NCBI RefSeq assembly: GCF_009914755.1
Contig: NC_060936.1
DNA from: the human T2T-CHM13v2.0 reference genome, Homo sapiens
Length of the DNA: 64,000 nt
Direction: 5' to 3' (one strand)
In this document: in pieces, positions 31,030 through 46,921 of the stretch
How the letters are laid out: each line of letters begins with the position of its first letter
How positions within the stretch are numbered: position 1 is the stretch's first letter
The notes under the pieces: model-generated
The model's database searches: none
What the model was told of the DNA's origin: nothing
Seen by the model: the letters and a program-made list of their open reading frames with translations, nothing else
Translations under genes and position numbers: made by a program

Positions 31030-31064
31030 AAGCTGTTCCCATCCGTTCTGCATCCCTATCCCAG

Positions 31065-31222
31065 GACTATTTGCTGTGGAATAAGCTAGGCGCCACCCTG
31101 GCCAATGGAAACCAGAGTGAAGAAGCAGTAGCTGCGTACCGCCGGGCCCTCGAGCTCCAGCCTGGCTATATCCGGTCCCGCTATAACCTGGGCATCAGCT
31201 GCATCAACCTCGGGGCTCACCG
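31065..31222 (+). CDS. PEX5: PEX5 exon 15 (includes PTS1-contacting Asn526)
   Basis: tcccag| ... CCG|gtgaga; 158 nt; [15 protein letters not shown]... Confidence 0.96.
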
Positions 31223-31341
31223 GTGAGAGTATCTATTGAGAAATGAATGAATGAGCTTTTTCTCCCTGCCTTTGGCCCTAGCTCCTTATTCTTAGATCCT
31301 GTTTGACTAACCAGCCCTAGCTTTCTCCCTCCCACTGCTAG

Positions 31342-31605
<264 letters not shown>

Positions 31606-32812
31606 CAGTGGGACGGGCTGCCCTGTGAGTGTCCACCTGGAGGGATCCCCGCTTTGGATGTGATTCCCTCTCCCCAAATGGGCCTACCAAGGGGGCGGGC
31701 TGATGACCATAAGCGGTACGGCCTTTCAGGAGCTGCCTCAACGTAAGGGTGGGTAGTCTGTGTTCTAGTTCCTACATAATTGTAGGAAAATGAGCTGTGT
31801 CATCTCTGAGTCCCTTGGTAATTCAAGGGCTGTACATCCAGCTACAGATCTCTCTGCTCATCATGCCCTTTCTTGGTGCTGCTTTTTGGGTAGGACCCCA
31901 CGATTTAGGGTAACTGTTATCATCAGCTGCCATTTCTGATAGGGTCTACCACATCTGTAATGTCTGTCCTTTCCCCCACTTTTACTGGGAATTGATAGTC
32001 CAGCTTCCTTGGGCAGTGTAAGTAGGAGGTTCATCTGCTGTGCGCCTCTAATGTCTGTCTGGATGGGATGTGTTAGGAGTTGGCCTGTTGGGTTGAATTG
32101 TTGATTTGGCTGAGCAGAGCTGAGTTTTGGTAGGAGTGCTCATGGTTCTGTCATTCTTGGACCTCTCCTGGCTGAGCTCTGATTCCCTGTGAGCACGATG
32201 CTGATGCAATAGTCCTGTGTCATCACTGCAGCGGTCCTCAGGAGCTGCCAGGGCCAATTGCTACAGAGTGTCTGGGTGTGTGGCATAGGAGGAAGGTTTG
32301 CTTGTGAAATGAGGCTGGGTGGGAGCGGGGAGGGACTAGATCAGAAGAGATCAAGGGCTCTATTCAGGAACGTTGGTGGGAGGACAGAGCAAGTGGGAAG
32401 GGGGTATGGTGAGTGCGGCAATCCCTCATCCTCTTAGAAGCACCTGTGAATGGGAATTGAGCCAACTGTTATAGAAAATTGGTTCAGAAAGTGCAATCTT
32501 GCCAGATTTCTAGCAAATAGGTTCAGTGTTACCATAAGCCTTTGCTGTACTTCTTGAAATGTTTCTAGGGGAGAGCATTGGAAAATCCCCTTCCCCCATC
32601 TAGATCGAAGGAAGATGAGGGAGCAGCTTGGATTCTTCTCAGTTGTCCCCTGCATGGGGAGATACACTAACCCCCAGAAATGACTGCTAAGCCTCTTGCC
32701 TTGTCTTTAGTAGCTAATGATCAGAGAGATTTTTTTTTTTAAACTACCATGGTCCCAGGATTCCATCCTGAAATTTATTTTTCTTTGTATGAATATGTGT
32801 AAATGATTTAAA

Positions 32813-32846
32813 AATAAAACTGTAAAATATTTGTACGAAGAATAAA
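32813..32846 (+). terminator. Tandem AATAAA poly(A) signals of the PEX5 3' UTR
   Basis: AATAAA at 32813-32818 and 32841-32846 followed by GT-rich sequence. Confidence 0.8.
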
Positions 32847-33337
32847 TGGAACTGATGTGGGTATGAGTTCTGCTGGTCATGAAGCTGGGATGGCAGAAGG
32901 TGAGTTGGCGTTTGGAGGACTGGGATTCAACAGTTTCTGCCTTTCAAATTCTCACTGGTATATTGGTTACCTGCTCATCCCTCTAAAAATGATAGAGCAC
33001 AGGAGACAGGGTCCCTGTTCTCTGGGCCTCTGGGCTAGCAGGAGAAAGAGATGTCGATAATCATGAATTTTTACTCCTGTTACTACTACAAAGGAAAGTG
33101 TGCAGTGCCATATAATTGTTAGGTTGTTTTGTATTATGAATTACATGGAAGGATTTTGATAGTTTTTCAGTGCTTAGGGTTTCTAAAGCTTTTCATCTGG
33201 CTCTGCCTGCCTTTATCGGGAACTGTATCAAGTGCCATATCAAGATGGGTATTTATCCTGAGGAAAAATTTAAAAATATACACAAATATTTATACTTGGA
33301 GATAGATGTTTGTGGGCACATTAGACTTGGAAAAAAA

Positions 33338-33800
<463 letters not shown>

Positions 33801-34360
33801 AAAGTCTAATTTTTTTTTTCCGGTGAGCTCAAAAGCTGCCAGAAAAAAAAAAAAAAAAACAACCCAAAAAACAAAAAAACAGGTCTAAAAGACAACTGGG
33901 TAAGTAAATTGTCCAGACAGTGAAATATAGCTATTGCTATTTAATCATTTATGGAATAATTTCCAGTGACAATAGATGCTAACAATATAGTGAGAAAAAT
34001 GGTTGGTCAATTATTTACAGATTGTCTTAAGAAAAAAATGCATTGAAAAGACAATAGGGAACTATCCCAATGTGCTAAAAGTGGGGAGATCATACTTCTC
34101 TGTAATTCTCAAATTTTCTTGGTGCATGTTTGATACTTTTCTAGAGGAGAAAATTAAACACCTGGGGGAGGAAAACAGGAAGCTGTTGTGGCACCTGTCA
34201 CCACCTGGGGGATCACGAGGCAGCTGGTGTCTTGGGCTCTGCAGGTTGGTGGTGCAAAGACCCAGGCGGGAAGTGGGCTGGGCAGGTGGAGGAGCAGTTT
34301 CCACACTACATAGGTGCAGGACATGACAAAGTCTGGCTGTGTAAATGACTTAAGAATTAA

Positions 34361-36105
<1,745 letters not shown>

Positions 36106-36451
36106 ATTATTCTCTTAAAAAATTGTGAATGTTACATTATTCATGTTTTTACATTAAAAACATGAATAGATGTTGAAACTAATTTCTTTGGAAATCTTCG
36201 GATATAGACTATTACCTATTAATATAATACTGATAATGATATCAGTATTATATTAGTCAAAAGTTCTAAATTCATCTTGGGATTTTAGAAATTATATTGA
36301 AGCTAGCATCAATGAGCAATACAATTATTGTTGATAACCCAAATTTATCAGAGACGTGGCATCTTAAAATTTTACTCAGATTATGCATTTGGGTGACTTT
36401 GTAGTCCGCAAAATTTGCAGTCACTAAGGCTAAGGTTAAGAAAACTATTTT

Positions 36452-37272
36452 ATAAATGGACAAAGGACATGAACAGACACTTTTCAAAATAAGACATTCA
36501 TTTGGTCAACAAATAAATGAAAAAATGCTCAACATTACTAATGAAATGCAAATCAAAACCACAATGAGATACCATCTCACACCAGTCAGAATGACTATTA
36601 TTAAAAAGTCAAAAAAGTAACATGTTAGTGAGGTTGCAGAGAGAAGGGGACTTATACTCTGTTGGTGGGAGTGTAAATTAGTTCAGCCACTGTGGGAAGC
36701 AGTTTGGAAATTTCTCAAAGAACTTAGAACTACCATTTGACCAAGTAGTCCCATTACAGAGTATATACCCAAAGGAGAATAAATCACTACCCAAAAGACA
36801 CATGCACTCATATGTTCATTGCAGCAGTATTCATGATAGCAACGACGTGGAATCAACCTGGATGCCCATCAATGGTGGACTGGATAAAGCAAATGTGATA
36901 CATATGCAATATAGAATACTATGCATCCGCGAAAAAGAACAAAATCACGACCTTCGCAGCAGCATGGTTGCCGCTGGAGGCCATTATCCTAAGCAAATTA
37001 ACACGGGAACAGAAAACCAAATACCACAGATTCTCACTTATAAGTGACAGCTAAACATTTAGTACACATGAACATAAAGATAGGAACGGCAGACACTGCA
37101 GACTACCAGAGAGGTGGAGGGGGATGAAGGTTGAAAAACTGTTGGGTACTATGCTCACTCTTCTGGGTGACGGGATCATTTGTACACCAAACCTCAGCGA
37201 CATGCAGTTTATCCATGTAACAAACCTGCATGTGTACTTCAGAACCTGGAATAAAAGTCAAAAACAAAACAA
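36452..37272 (+). mobile_element. Older L1PA/L1PB 3' fragment
   Basis: Degenerate L1 ORF2 end and 3' UTR ending AATAAAAG. Confidence 0.8.
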
Positions 37273-37299
37273 AAGCCATTTTACAAAGACGCGATTTAA

Positions 37300-37729
<430 letters not shown>

Positions 37730-38629
37730 TGATTTAAATTTCATTTAATCTAGTATTTTAGAAAGGAAAATCCAAACTCTTGCATAAGCTGTAATACCAT
37801 GTTTGCATTTTTATTTTACACTGTGGGAAAAATGGGAGAGAATATTTATATAGAAATATTGTATGTCCAAAGTTCACAAATTGATTTACTTTGGAGTAAA
37901 ATTGAATTATCATATTTATTTTACGATCATAACTTCTATTTTTTGTTTTTAAGATCTTAGGACAAAAAGGTTTGTAAATAAAATATCTTTCAATCTGTAA
38001 CTATATATTTGAATGAAATTTAGACCCAGAACCTGGAATAAAAGTCAAAAACAAAACAACTTTTAGAAACTTAGACCCAAAACTTTTTGTATTATTTTTA
38101 TTTTCTCTTTAGTCTTTACGTGACTATTAATCACTAGCCTATTGCCCATTTGTATTTCTTTTGTATTTTTTCTTGTAACACAGCAGGGACCCTGAAGTCA
38201 TTAAACCAAAGTAAGATTTCCTTTATTTCCATCCAACAACTTTTTAAAGGAGATAAAGTGTTTGTGTTAGAGAATAGGAATGTTTAATCTTTTGTTAATA
38301 AATTATTACTTTATTCACACTAATTCATACGTGTTTATTTTTTTTCTTCACATCAATGTAGTAGTTACTTTTAACCATGACTTTATAATTCAAAGTAATC
38401 CAGTGTTTCATTTGAAAAAACCTTTCCCAAGTAGAAAACCTTCATTTTAAGATTTAGTTCTATGAACTATCAGCCCATGGGGAATATTAACATATTTAGT
38501 AGATTTGGGCAAATTAAGGTGGTGACAATTAAGAATGTGTTCTCATTTTCCAAGTAGGAAAGTTTTTCGTAAAGGGCAAGTGCATTTAAAGCATTCAGAG
38601 TTTGGTTTGGGATTTACCTTTTCTTGGGA

Positions 38630-39545
38630 AGTATATTAGTTATATCTTGCTGCATAAAAACCACTCCAAAATTTAGTGGCTTAAAACAACAATAATTAAT
38701 TATCTCTGACTATTCTGTGGATTGGCAATCTGGGCGCTTCTTCGCTGTACTCACCGGGGAACATTCATGGGGCCACCTGCCGTCATTTGATGCCTCAACT
38801 AGGGCTGGGATGTTCCAAGGTGGAGGAGAATTCCTCAGTAGGTGAGACGGCCTCGTTACAGCATGGTGGTCTCAGGGTGTCAAAATGACAGAGCAGGAAC
38901 TGCAAAGCCTCTCAAAAGCAAGTCTCTGGATCTCACACAATCTCACTCCTGTCACCTTTCATTGGTCAAAACAAATTATTTATTTTACAAGGCTCTGCCT
39001 TTGGTCCCACAGGCAGGAGGTCAGACTGCTGCATCAGGGCAGGCATAACTGGGGCCGCCTGTCCCTGTGGAGAATGACCCTTGGTGGCCTGGGCTGGCTG
39101 CAGGGGCTTTGCAGCCTCCACCCATACACCCAAGCTGGAAATGACTTAGGGGGCCAACAGGGACACTATAGGCCCTGCTGCATAGCGAGTGTCCTGCATG
39201 TGCACCTGTACATTCCTCCCCTCCCTGAGTTGTACGGGCTGCACTGTGCCTTTACCCTAAGTCCCTTCACGGTCAGTCCCTGGCTGTTGTCCCTTTGTGG
39301 TGGTCAGCAAGAGACGTGCAGTTTCAGTTCCATGCAGAGTGGGATGGCAACTTCAGGGAGGGGAGTTAGTTAGTCTAACTGATATCAGTTAGACGTTATT
39401 TTACTTATAAGTTCAACCCTGAATCAAGGGTGTGAAGAAATAGACTCCATCTCTTGATGGGGAGATGGAGTGAGAAGAAATGACACACTGCAAAGAGATG
39501 TGGATACAGGGAGGTATGATTTATTGACGATTATTATGATAGTGA
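38630..39545. mobile_element. MLT1 LTR interrupted by an unrelated ~400-bp insert (38989-39395)
   Basis: MLT1 pattern TATTAGTT...TAGTGGCTTAAAACAAC...ATTGGTCAAA resumes at ...TCAAGGG...ATAGACTCCATCTCTTGATGGG. Confidence 0.7.
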
Positions 39546-40409
39546 CCTATCACCAGTAGCCTTTAAGAGTCCTTCCAGGATTCATATAGATGCTTAATGG
39601 TCTTTCTTATATCAACTAAAGTAGGAATTCATTGCAATTGAGACACTTTCTGGTCTTTAAATATAAGAATATTCTAGAGACGGGCAAACTATTCTAGGTC
39701 AAAGTTTCCTCAAGTGGAAACTGTACGACTGGGTTTTATTCAATTTACCCATTTGTTTTTCTTTAGAAATATACAGCCTCTGCAGACACTGCTTCTGAAT
39801 GAACGGGCTGGAGTTTCCTTGGGATCCTGAACTCATATTGGATTCTCTACCTACCATCTTGGACAATTCATGTAGGAAAACAAATCCTCATTTGTTCAAA
39901 CAATAGATGAAAATTATTAAAGTTTTGACACATATTAAATGGCGGCCTTGTGTTTCAAAGAAAAGGAAAGAGATAGTTGAATCAGGGTAAAACAACCCAC
40001 TCACAACCTTAGGCTAAGACACTCACACAGCTTGTCTTCTAGCAAACTGCGTATTTAATCTGCTAAGGCAATGGGGACCTTGTCTTGAGATAGGACTGCC
40101 ACTCAGGGTCATATCTTTTGTTCTCCTCTAAACTCTACTCTAGTTGAAGTTTTCTAACAATCTGGGAACCCTTATCCCCCAATCCCTGCAGAATGGCTTA
40201 ATCTAACACGTCGTAAAGAAGGAAACTTCTTGTCTTAACTTGGTTTAAAAAATCTAACGACACAATTTTCAAAGGCTTCATCAGTTTAAAAAGATTATTG
40301 TGCTGACTCCATTAGCAATATCTGGCAGCCGCTACTAGGCAGCAAAACCTACCATGACTACCACTATTATATATTTGCAGTTCTCTTACTTTTTGGTGTT
40401 TTTTTGAAA

Positions 40410-40900
40410 AAAATTTTTTAATTTTTGTAGGTACATAGTAGGTATATATATTTATGGGCTACATGAGATATTTTGATACAGGAATGCAATATGTAATAAA
40501 CACAGGGTAAATAGGGTATCCATTACCCAAGCATTTATCCTTTGTGTTACAGACACTCCAGTGATATTCTTTTAGTTATTTATAATGTATAATTAATTAT
40601 TTTTGACTATAGTCACCATGTTGTGTTAGAGAATACTAGGTCTTATTCATTCTTTATAATTATTCTTTTGTACCCATTAACCATCCTCACTCCCCCCCAC
40701 CCACCCCACTACCCTTCCTAGCCTCTGGTAACCATCCTTCTACTCTATCTCCGTGAGTTCAATTGTTTTAATTTTTACTTCCCACAAATAAGTGAGAACA
40801 TGTGACGTTTATCTTTCTTTGCCTGGTTAATTTCACTTAACATAATGACCTCCAGTTCCAACCATGTTGTTGCAAATGACAGGATCTCATTCTTCTTTAT
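40410..40900 (-). mobile_element. L1MA 3' fragment
   Basis: Antisense L1MA 3' UTR pattern (CCCACAAATAAGTGAGAACATG). Confidence 0.75.
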
Positions 40901-41619
40901 GGTGTTCTCAAAGCCAAAATATCTTCAATTGTTTGGACCATACTAGAAGCAGGCACAAAGTCAGACAGCCTTCAACATTCAAACAGAAATGGACACCAAC
41001 ACTCTTCTGGCCCGTATTTGGGCTCACTTAGGAAGTTAAAATGAGATCTATAATCTCAATGTTTTTGTTTGAATAGCTGACCTAACAGTGGAAGAAGACA
41101 ACATGATAGGCATATGTGTTCCAGGTAAGAGAAAGAAAAAAGCATCAATCATAGGAGTCCAAACTATTTGGAATTGCCAACTCTGGCACTAAACAGCAGA
41201 TGGCGCCAAAGGACCTTAGTAGCAACCAAGAGATTTGCTGCCATCTCTCTTTCTGCTTTCTCCTCCATCTACCCAAGATTGCTAGGCCTCAAGGTCTGGA
41301 GTTAAGAGCATAGGTTCAGGAGTCTGACTGCCCACCTTCACAGTACCACATTTGCTACTTGGGTGACCTTAGATGACTGACTTAACTTGGTTTTCCTCTT
41401 TGCAGAATAGGAATGTTAAGAAAAACCCTACCTCCCAGGGTTATTGGTAAGATTAGAATAATTATTACATATCATCATAAGGAATAGTTCCTGCCATATA
41501 AGTTTAAAAAATGTTAGCTATTACTCACTGAAACGCATTCCTTTCTATATTTTAACATCTTCAGTGGCATCTAATCTTGATGCATTGCCACCTCTCCTTT
41601 AATCCCCACCTAGGCTCCG

Positions 41620-42770
41620 TGGGGAACTTCCTATGACAAATTGACTAGGAAAAAAATTCAGGTCTGATTTACAGATGGTTCTGATGATATGCTGGTACCT
41701 CCTAAAAGTGGATGACCACGGCATTATAGAATTCCCCAAGGGTGATCCTGAAAGGCAGTTAGGAAGAAATATCTTCTTAATGGTCAGAACTTTGAGCAGT
41801 GCACTTAGCTGTCCATTTTACCTGGAAGGAGAAAGGCCAGAAGTTATGGATCTAAGCTGATTCACGGGTAGTGGCGGATGGTTTGGCTCTATGTTCAGGG
41901 ACTTAGGGAGGACTGACTATGAATTAGAGAAGAAGCATGTAGATCAATCTTTTGTAAGGGCACAGGTGTGGAGATATTCGTGTTCCATGTGAATGCTCAC
42001 TAAATGTCATCTGTTATAGAGGTGGTGCTCAAAAGTCATCTTGGCAAGATGACCTTTTTTGTGAATGGCAACCAGCTGCTTTCCCAAGCCACTTCAGTGC
42101 TGCTCATTGGACCAATGAACAGGGTGATGATATTAGATCTCTTCCATCATGGATAAGGACAAGATTATTTTCCTCACTAGAATAGATACTTACTTGATAT
42201 GGATTTGTCTTTCTTGTGCATGACATTTCTGCTGCCACTATGATTCTTGGATGTATTGAATTCTTATCCACCATGATGGTATCCTATGTAATACTGCTTC
42301 TGTACTACGAATTCATTGTACAGCAAAAAACCCAGGCAATATGTTCATACCCATGTTATTCAACAATCTTACGTATATCATTTCATCACTCAGAAGTAAC
42401 TGGCCTGATATAATTATGAAATAGTTTGTTGACAACTCAATTATGGCATCAGCTGAGTGACAATGCCATGAGGGGTTAGGGTTCTGTCCTATAAGATGTA
42501 GTGTCTGATCAGAATCAGTGACCAATATATGGTAGTTTCTCTCCCATAGTCAGAAAATATAGGTCTAGGAACAAACGGGTGGAAGGAGAAGTGGCTTTCT
42601 TCATTGTTATCTATTATCCACACACAAAATGTGTGCTTTTTGTTCCTGCAACTTTGGAAACTTTGATTTAGATTCTTAGTTCTCAAGGGATGAATACGTC
42701 TACCAGGGTACATAATTATGATTCCATTGAACTGGAAGTTGAGACATCACCTGATTATTTTGGGCTTCTT
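41620..42770 (+). mobile_element. ERVL internal pol remnant
   Basis: Degenerate (W)FTDGS RNase H motif (TTTACAGATGGTTCT) and HVNAH-like segment. Confidence 0.6.
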
Positions 42771-43549
42771 GTTTATTCTGTTGTCTCTACAGCATCCTTC
42801 AAGATCAGCTCATGAGGACTCTCCTTTCACAGTGGTGAAAGGCTAATTAAGCTGTTTTCTCAAGCAAAACAACTCTTTTTACACCTCATCTCTATCCTTA
42901 TGTCATGTAGACAGTGCTGCAGTTCTTTTTTTCATAGCAAATTTTTCTTCTTGTTTTACTTCTATGTGGTTTTAATTGAAAAGCAGCCAAATGATAAATA
43001 CACATATAAACATCCTGCCTCCTCTGTTATGTCTGATTAAGACTTAGTAAGAGGCCTCAGGGTCTCCACCTGTTAGTATGTTGTGGTTTGTCTTGTGTAT
43101 CTTTGGAGACAGGAGAGATGTGTGGCTTGTATACGTTTGTTGGAAATAAACTGCTTCTGTTTTTGAAAATTGGAATTTGCTTTATTTATTGCTGAAAACT
43201 TATGCCTTTGAAATGAAAATATAAATTGCCTAAGTAATGTTCTGAAAACCAATTCTTACATAAGATAATTTCTCTTAAATGTCTAGCACAGTGCCATTCA
43301 AGCATTCAATAAACATTAGTTGAGTATCGTTTAAGTTATAGACATTGGAAATACAGAGTCACTCCCCTCAAAATCTAGCCTAGAAGAGTAAGTGGCCAGA
43401 AATAAATAAGTTAACAATTTCAGGCACCAGAGTAGCAGTAGCTGTGAGGTAAAATGGGGGCATAAGGGAGGTAAGTAGATATAGGCTTTCCCCCAGTCTT
43501 GGGCCCTATCAGAGCCCCAGCAGATGCCTGTGGCCTGCAGAGGCCTTAG

Positions 43550-43919
<370 letters not shown>

Positions 43920-44596
43920 TAGGACAGATCACCTGTGTGGGAGCATGTGGCTTTGAACTCTGAGTACCAGCCAGAGATGGACAATCTTGGATCAGATGCC
44001 CAAATTCTGTTCCTCCTCTGTCTTCTGGCTTAAAGACAGAACTGTGGTGTCATTAACCTTGGATTCAATTACCTTAAGAATCTCCACTCACAAGAGCTCA
44101 AATTGCTTTGGAGTTGTTAATTACACCAGCTTCTGAACAGAGGTGGATTAATTGTGAAGCTAATGAAGTTTAAGCTTCAGGACCTAAATTTCCCTGCACC
44201 AGCTACTTCCAAGGTTCTGGGAGGGGCCCTGACACTGTGTTTGCAAGGGCACATGCTTCTGTAAACTTTGCAAAAGTAAACTATTTTCAATGCAGTTAGT
44301 TAAGATGACTCTTTCCACTCCAACCCCCTCTCTGCCATACTTCTCCTTGAACTGGAGAGGGCTGAAGTAGGACCATGGAATTTCATATTGGTAATTTTGT
44401 ATTCTTTTACTTATAGAGGGTTCCTCGAACTGCACAAACTTTAGTCTCCTCCCTGGATCCATCCCTGGTTCTGATCATGACTACGATTTCCCCCAAGTTG
44501 CCATTTAGATTGTATTAATATTAAAATGAGATAAAACAGTCCTTATTATTAAAAGAATGTATTGTCTTTTTTAAGAAAAGAAGCAATTCAGTGAAA

Positions 44597-44898
44597 TTAT
44601 TATTATTATTATTTTTGAGACAGAGTCTCACTCTCACCCAGGCTGGAGTGCAGTGGCGCGATCTCGACTCAACTGCAACCTCCACCGTGCCAGGCTCAAG
44701 CAATTCTCCTGCTTCAGCCCCCCAAGTAGCTGGGACTACAGGCACATGCCACCATGCCTGGCTAGTTTTTGTATTTGTGGTAGAGATGGGGTTTGCCATC
44801 TTGGCTAGGCTGGTCTTGAACTCCTGACCTCAGGTGATCCACCCTCCTCGGCCTCTCAGAATGCTGGGATTACAGGCTTGAGCCACTGTGCCAGGCCC
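44597..44898 (-). mobile_element. AluS
   Basis: Duplication CAGTGAAATTATT. Confidence 0.9.
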
Positions 44899-46921
44899 AG
44901 TGAAATTATTTCTTACCCAAGAAGGCAATTAAAGGAGCCTGTGCATGGAGCACTAAATCTGGGGATCAGATTTGCCAAAAAAATCAAGAAGAAACTGAAG
45001 AGGTTTAAAATGCATATATTGCTTTTTCATTAGTATAGGAATGGTGGAAGAATAAAAATAAAATCAAAGATGATGGATTGATTCACCTGGAGGAAAGGAG
45101 AGATGATTAAGATTAAGGGTCATGGATCAGGGACAGAGGGGAAGAAATGGGAAGATGACTGTCAGTAGAGACAGACATAAAAAGAAAAAGGAGATGAATG
45201 CACGTAGGTCCAGCTGCTTTCAAAAAGAGTTTTAAATCTAGATGCCAGTAAATCAGAAATAAATTGTGACTGGAAGCCAACAAAGTCCAATAGAAGAAGC
45301 AAGGCGAGATCTAAGAGAGCTGCTTGGAATGAATATGAAGAAGGAAGCCTGGATCCAGGAAACTACTGAGAAGCACCTTAATGCAAAAGATTCCATCTTC
45401 TTTTCAAGTATTCTTTCTATATTATATTCATCAGAATGGGCTAGCTTATGCTGCTGGAACAAGTTAACCCCCAAATCTCCACAGCTCACACACACACCAT
45501 TTATTTATCACCATGTTACAAACCTGCTGTGGTTGGTGGAGGACTTGGCTCCACATAGTAACTCAGGGACCCAGGTTGACCTGGGCTCCACCATCTTGTA
45601 GATGCACCATCTGGAACATGTAGTTGCTAGGGCAGCGGAAGAGAGAGACTGGAGCATCTTACTTGGACTTTTCACTGCCTCCACATGGAAGTGACACACA
45701 TGACATCCATTCACACTTTATTGGCCAGAACTTGTCATTGGGGATTTGGAAAATAAATATTTAATGAGTATTCCTGTGTATGCTGCCTCCTATCTGAATC
45801 TTGATAGTGATGCTGTCAGTTTTTTCTTGCCTTGGAGAGGCTTCTGAGGTGTAGTTTCATGCAGAAATTGGATGCAGTCTGAGCCTCCCCAGAGTGGGAT
45901 TTGAATACATTTTGTATTTGATTGCTTTGACCGGTAGGGTCTCCAGTTTAGTCGGTGCTGAGGGTGATTACTCGAATTTTGTGTCTCCCTCCTTCCCTAC
46001 CTCCAATGTCCCCTGAGGGTCATTAACTTTAGGATTATTTTCATTCTATGTTCATGCATTCATTTCTTTATTTATCCAACATTTATTAAGCTCTTACTGT
46101 GTGTTATGGCTTTACTTGGCCCTGCAGATTCAACGAAGACTAAGACACAGTTCTTATTCTCAAGAAGCTCCCACTTTGGAGACGGTAAGCAAGTTAATAC
46201 AGATTACATAGACATGCCAGCAATTTCTAGCTGGAAGGATCGGGAAGGACTCCATGTAGGTGACAGCTCAGTGGATTCATAAACTTGGGGAGATTTAGGA
46301 ATTTATCATCTGTAGGAGGCTTAAAAATGTATACACAAGAACTTGGATATGCATAAATGTAGTGTTCTCTACTTTTTTTCTTTTCTCTTTTTTTTTTTTG
46401 TATATTTTTATTTTACATTTGAAAAAGACTCAGAGGTGTGAAGAAACTTGTCAAGATCCTTCCTATATATTGGTTTAGGTGAGGCCTGGTTTTAAATCCA
46501 ACCCAACTTTGTCTGGCTCTGAAAACTGGGCTCTTAGCCACCACATGATTCTGCTACCTAATCATCTATATGTTCCTATCTTTTCCTTTTTTACCAGAAT
46601 AAAAGAGAAAAAGGGGGAAAAACCCCATTTTTTTCAAGCAAGGATTAATTTTTAATGACATCCTTTCCTGTGTTAAATGTGAAGTCTCTTTTGTCTCAAT
46701 GCCAGTCAAGTATTTAGTTTTCAGTTTCTTTATACTATTTGTATTCAAAATATACTTGATCTTAAAAAAGTAGGGGAACACTTAATTTGGTCTGTTTTCA
46801 GATTCCTCCCATTAATTTGGCAAACATTCAAAATGGTCAGATGATTTAATTACTTATTATTTTTATGAGTTTAGTTATTCTAAAGTAGTTTCCAACCTAT
46901 GGATCTTAGTTTCTAAGAGTC

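Noticed and set aside
38885-39373. 162-aa ORF across the unexplained insert
   Set aside because: Begins in MLT1 sequence and has no recognisable domain
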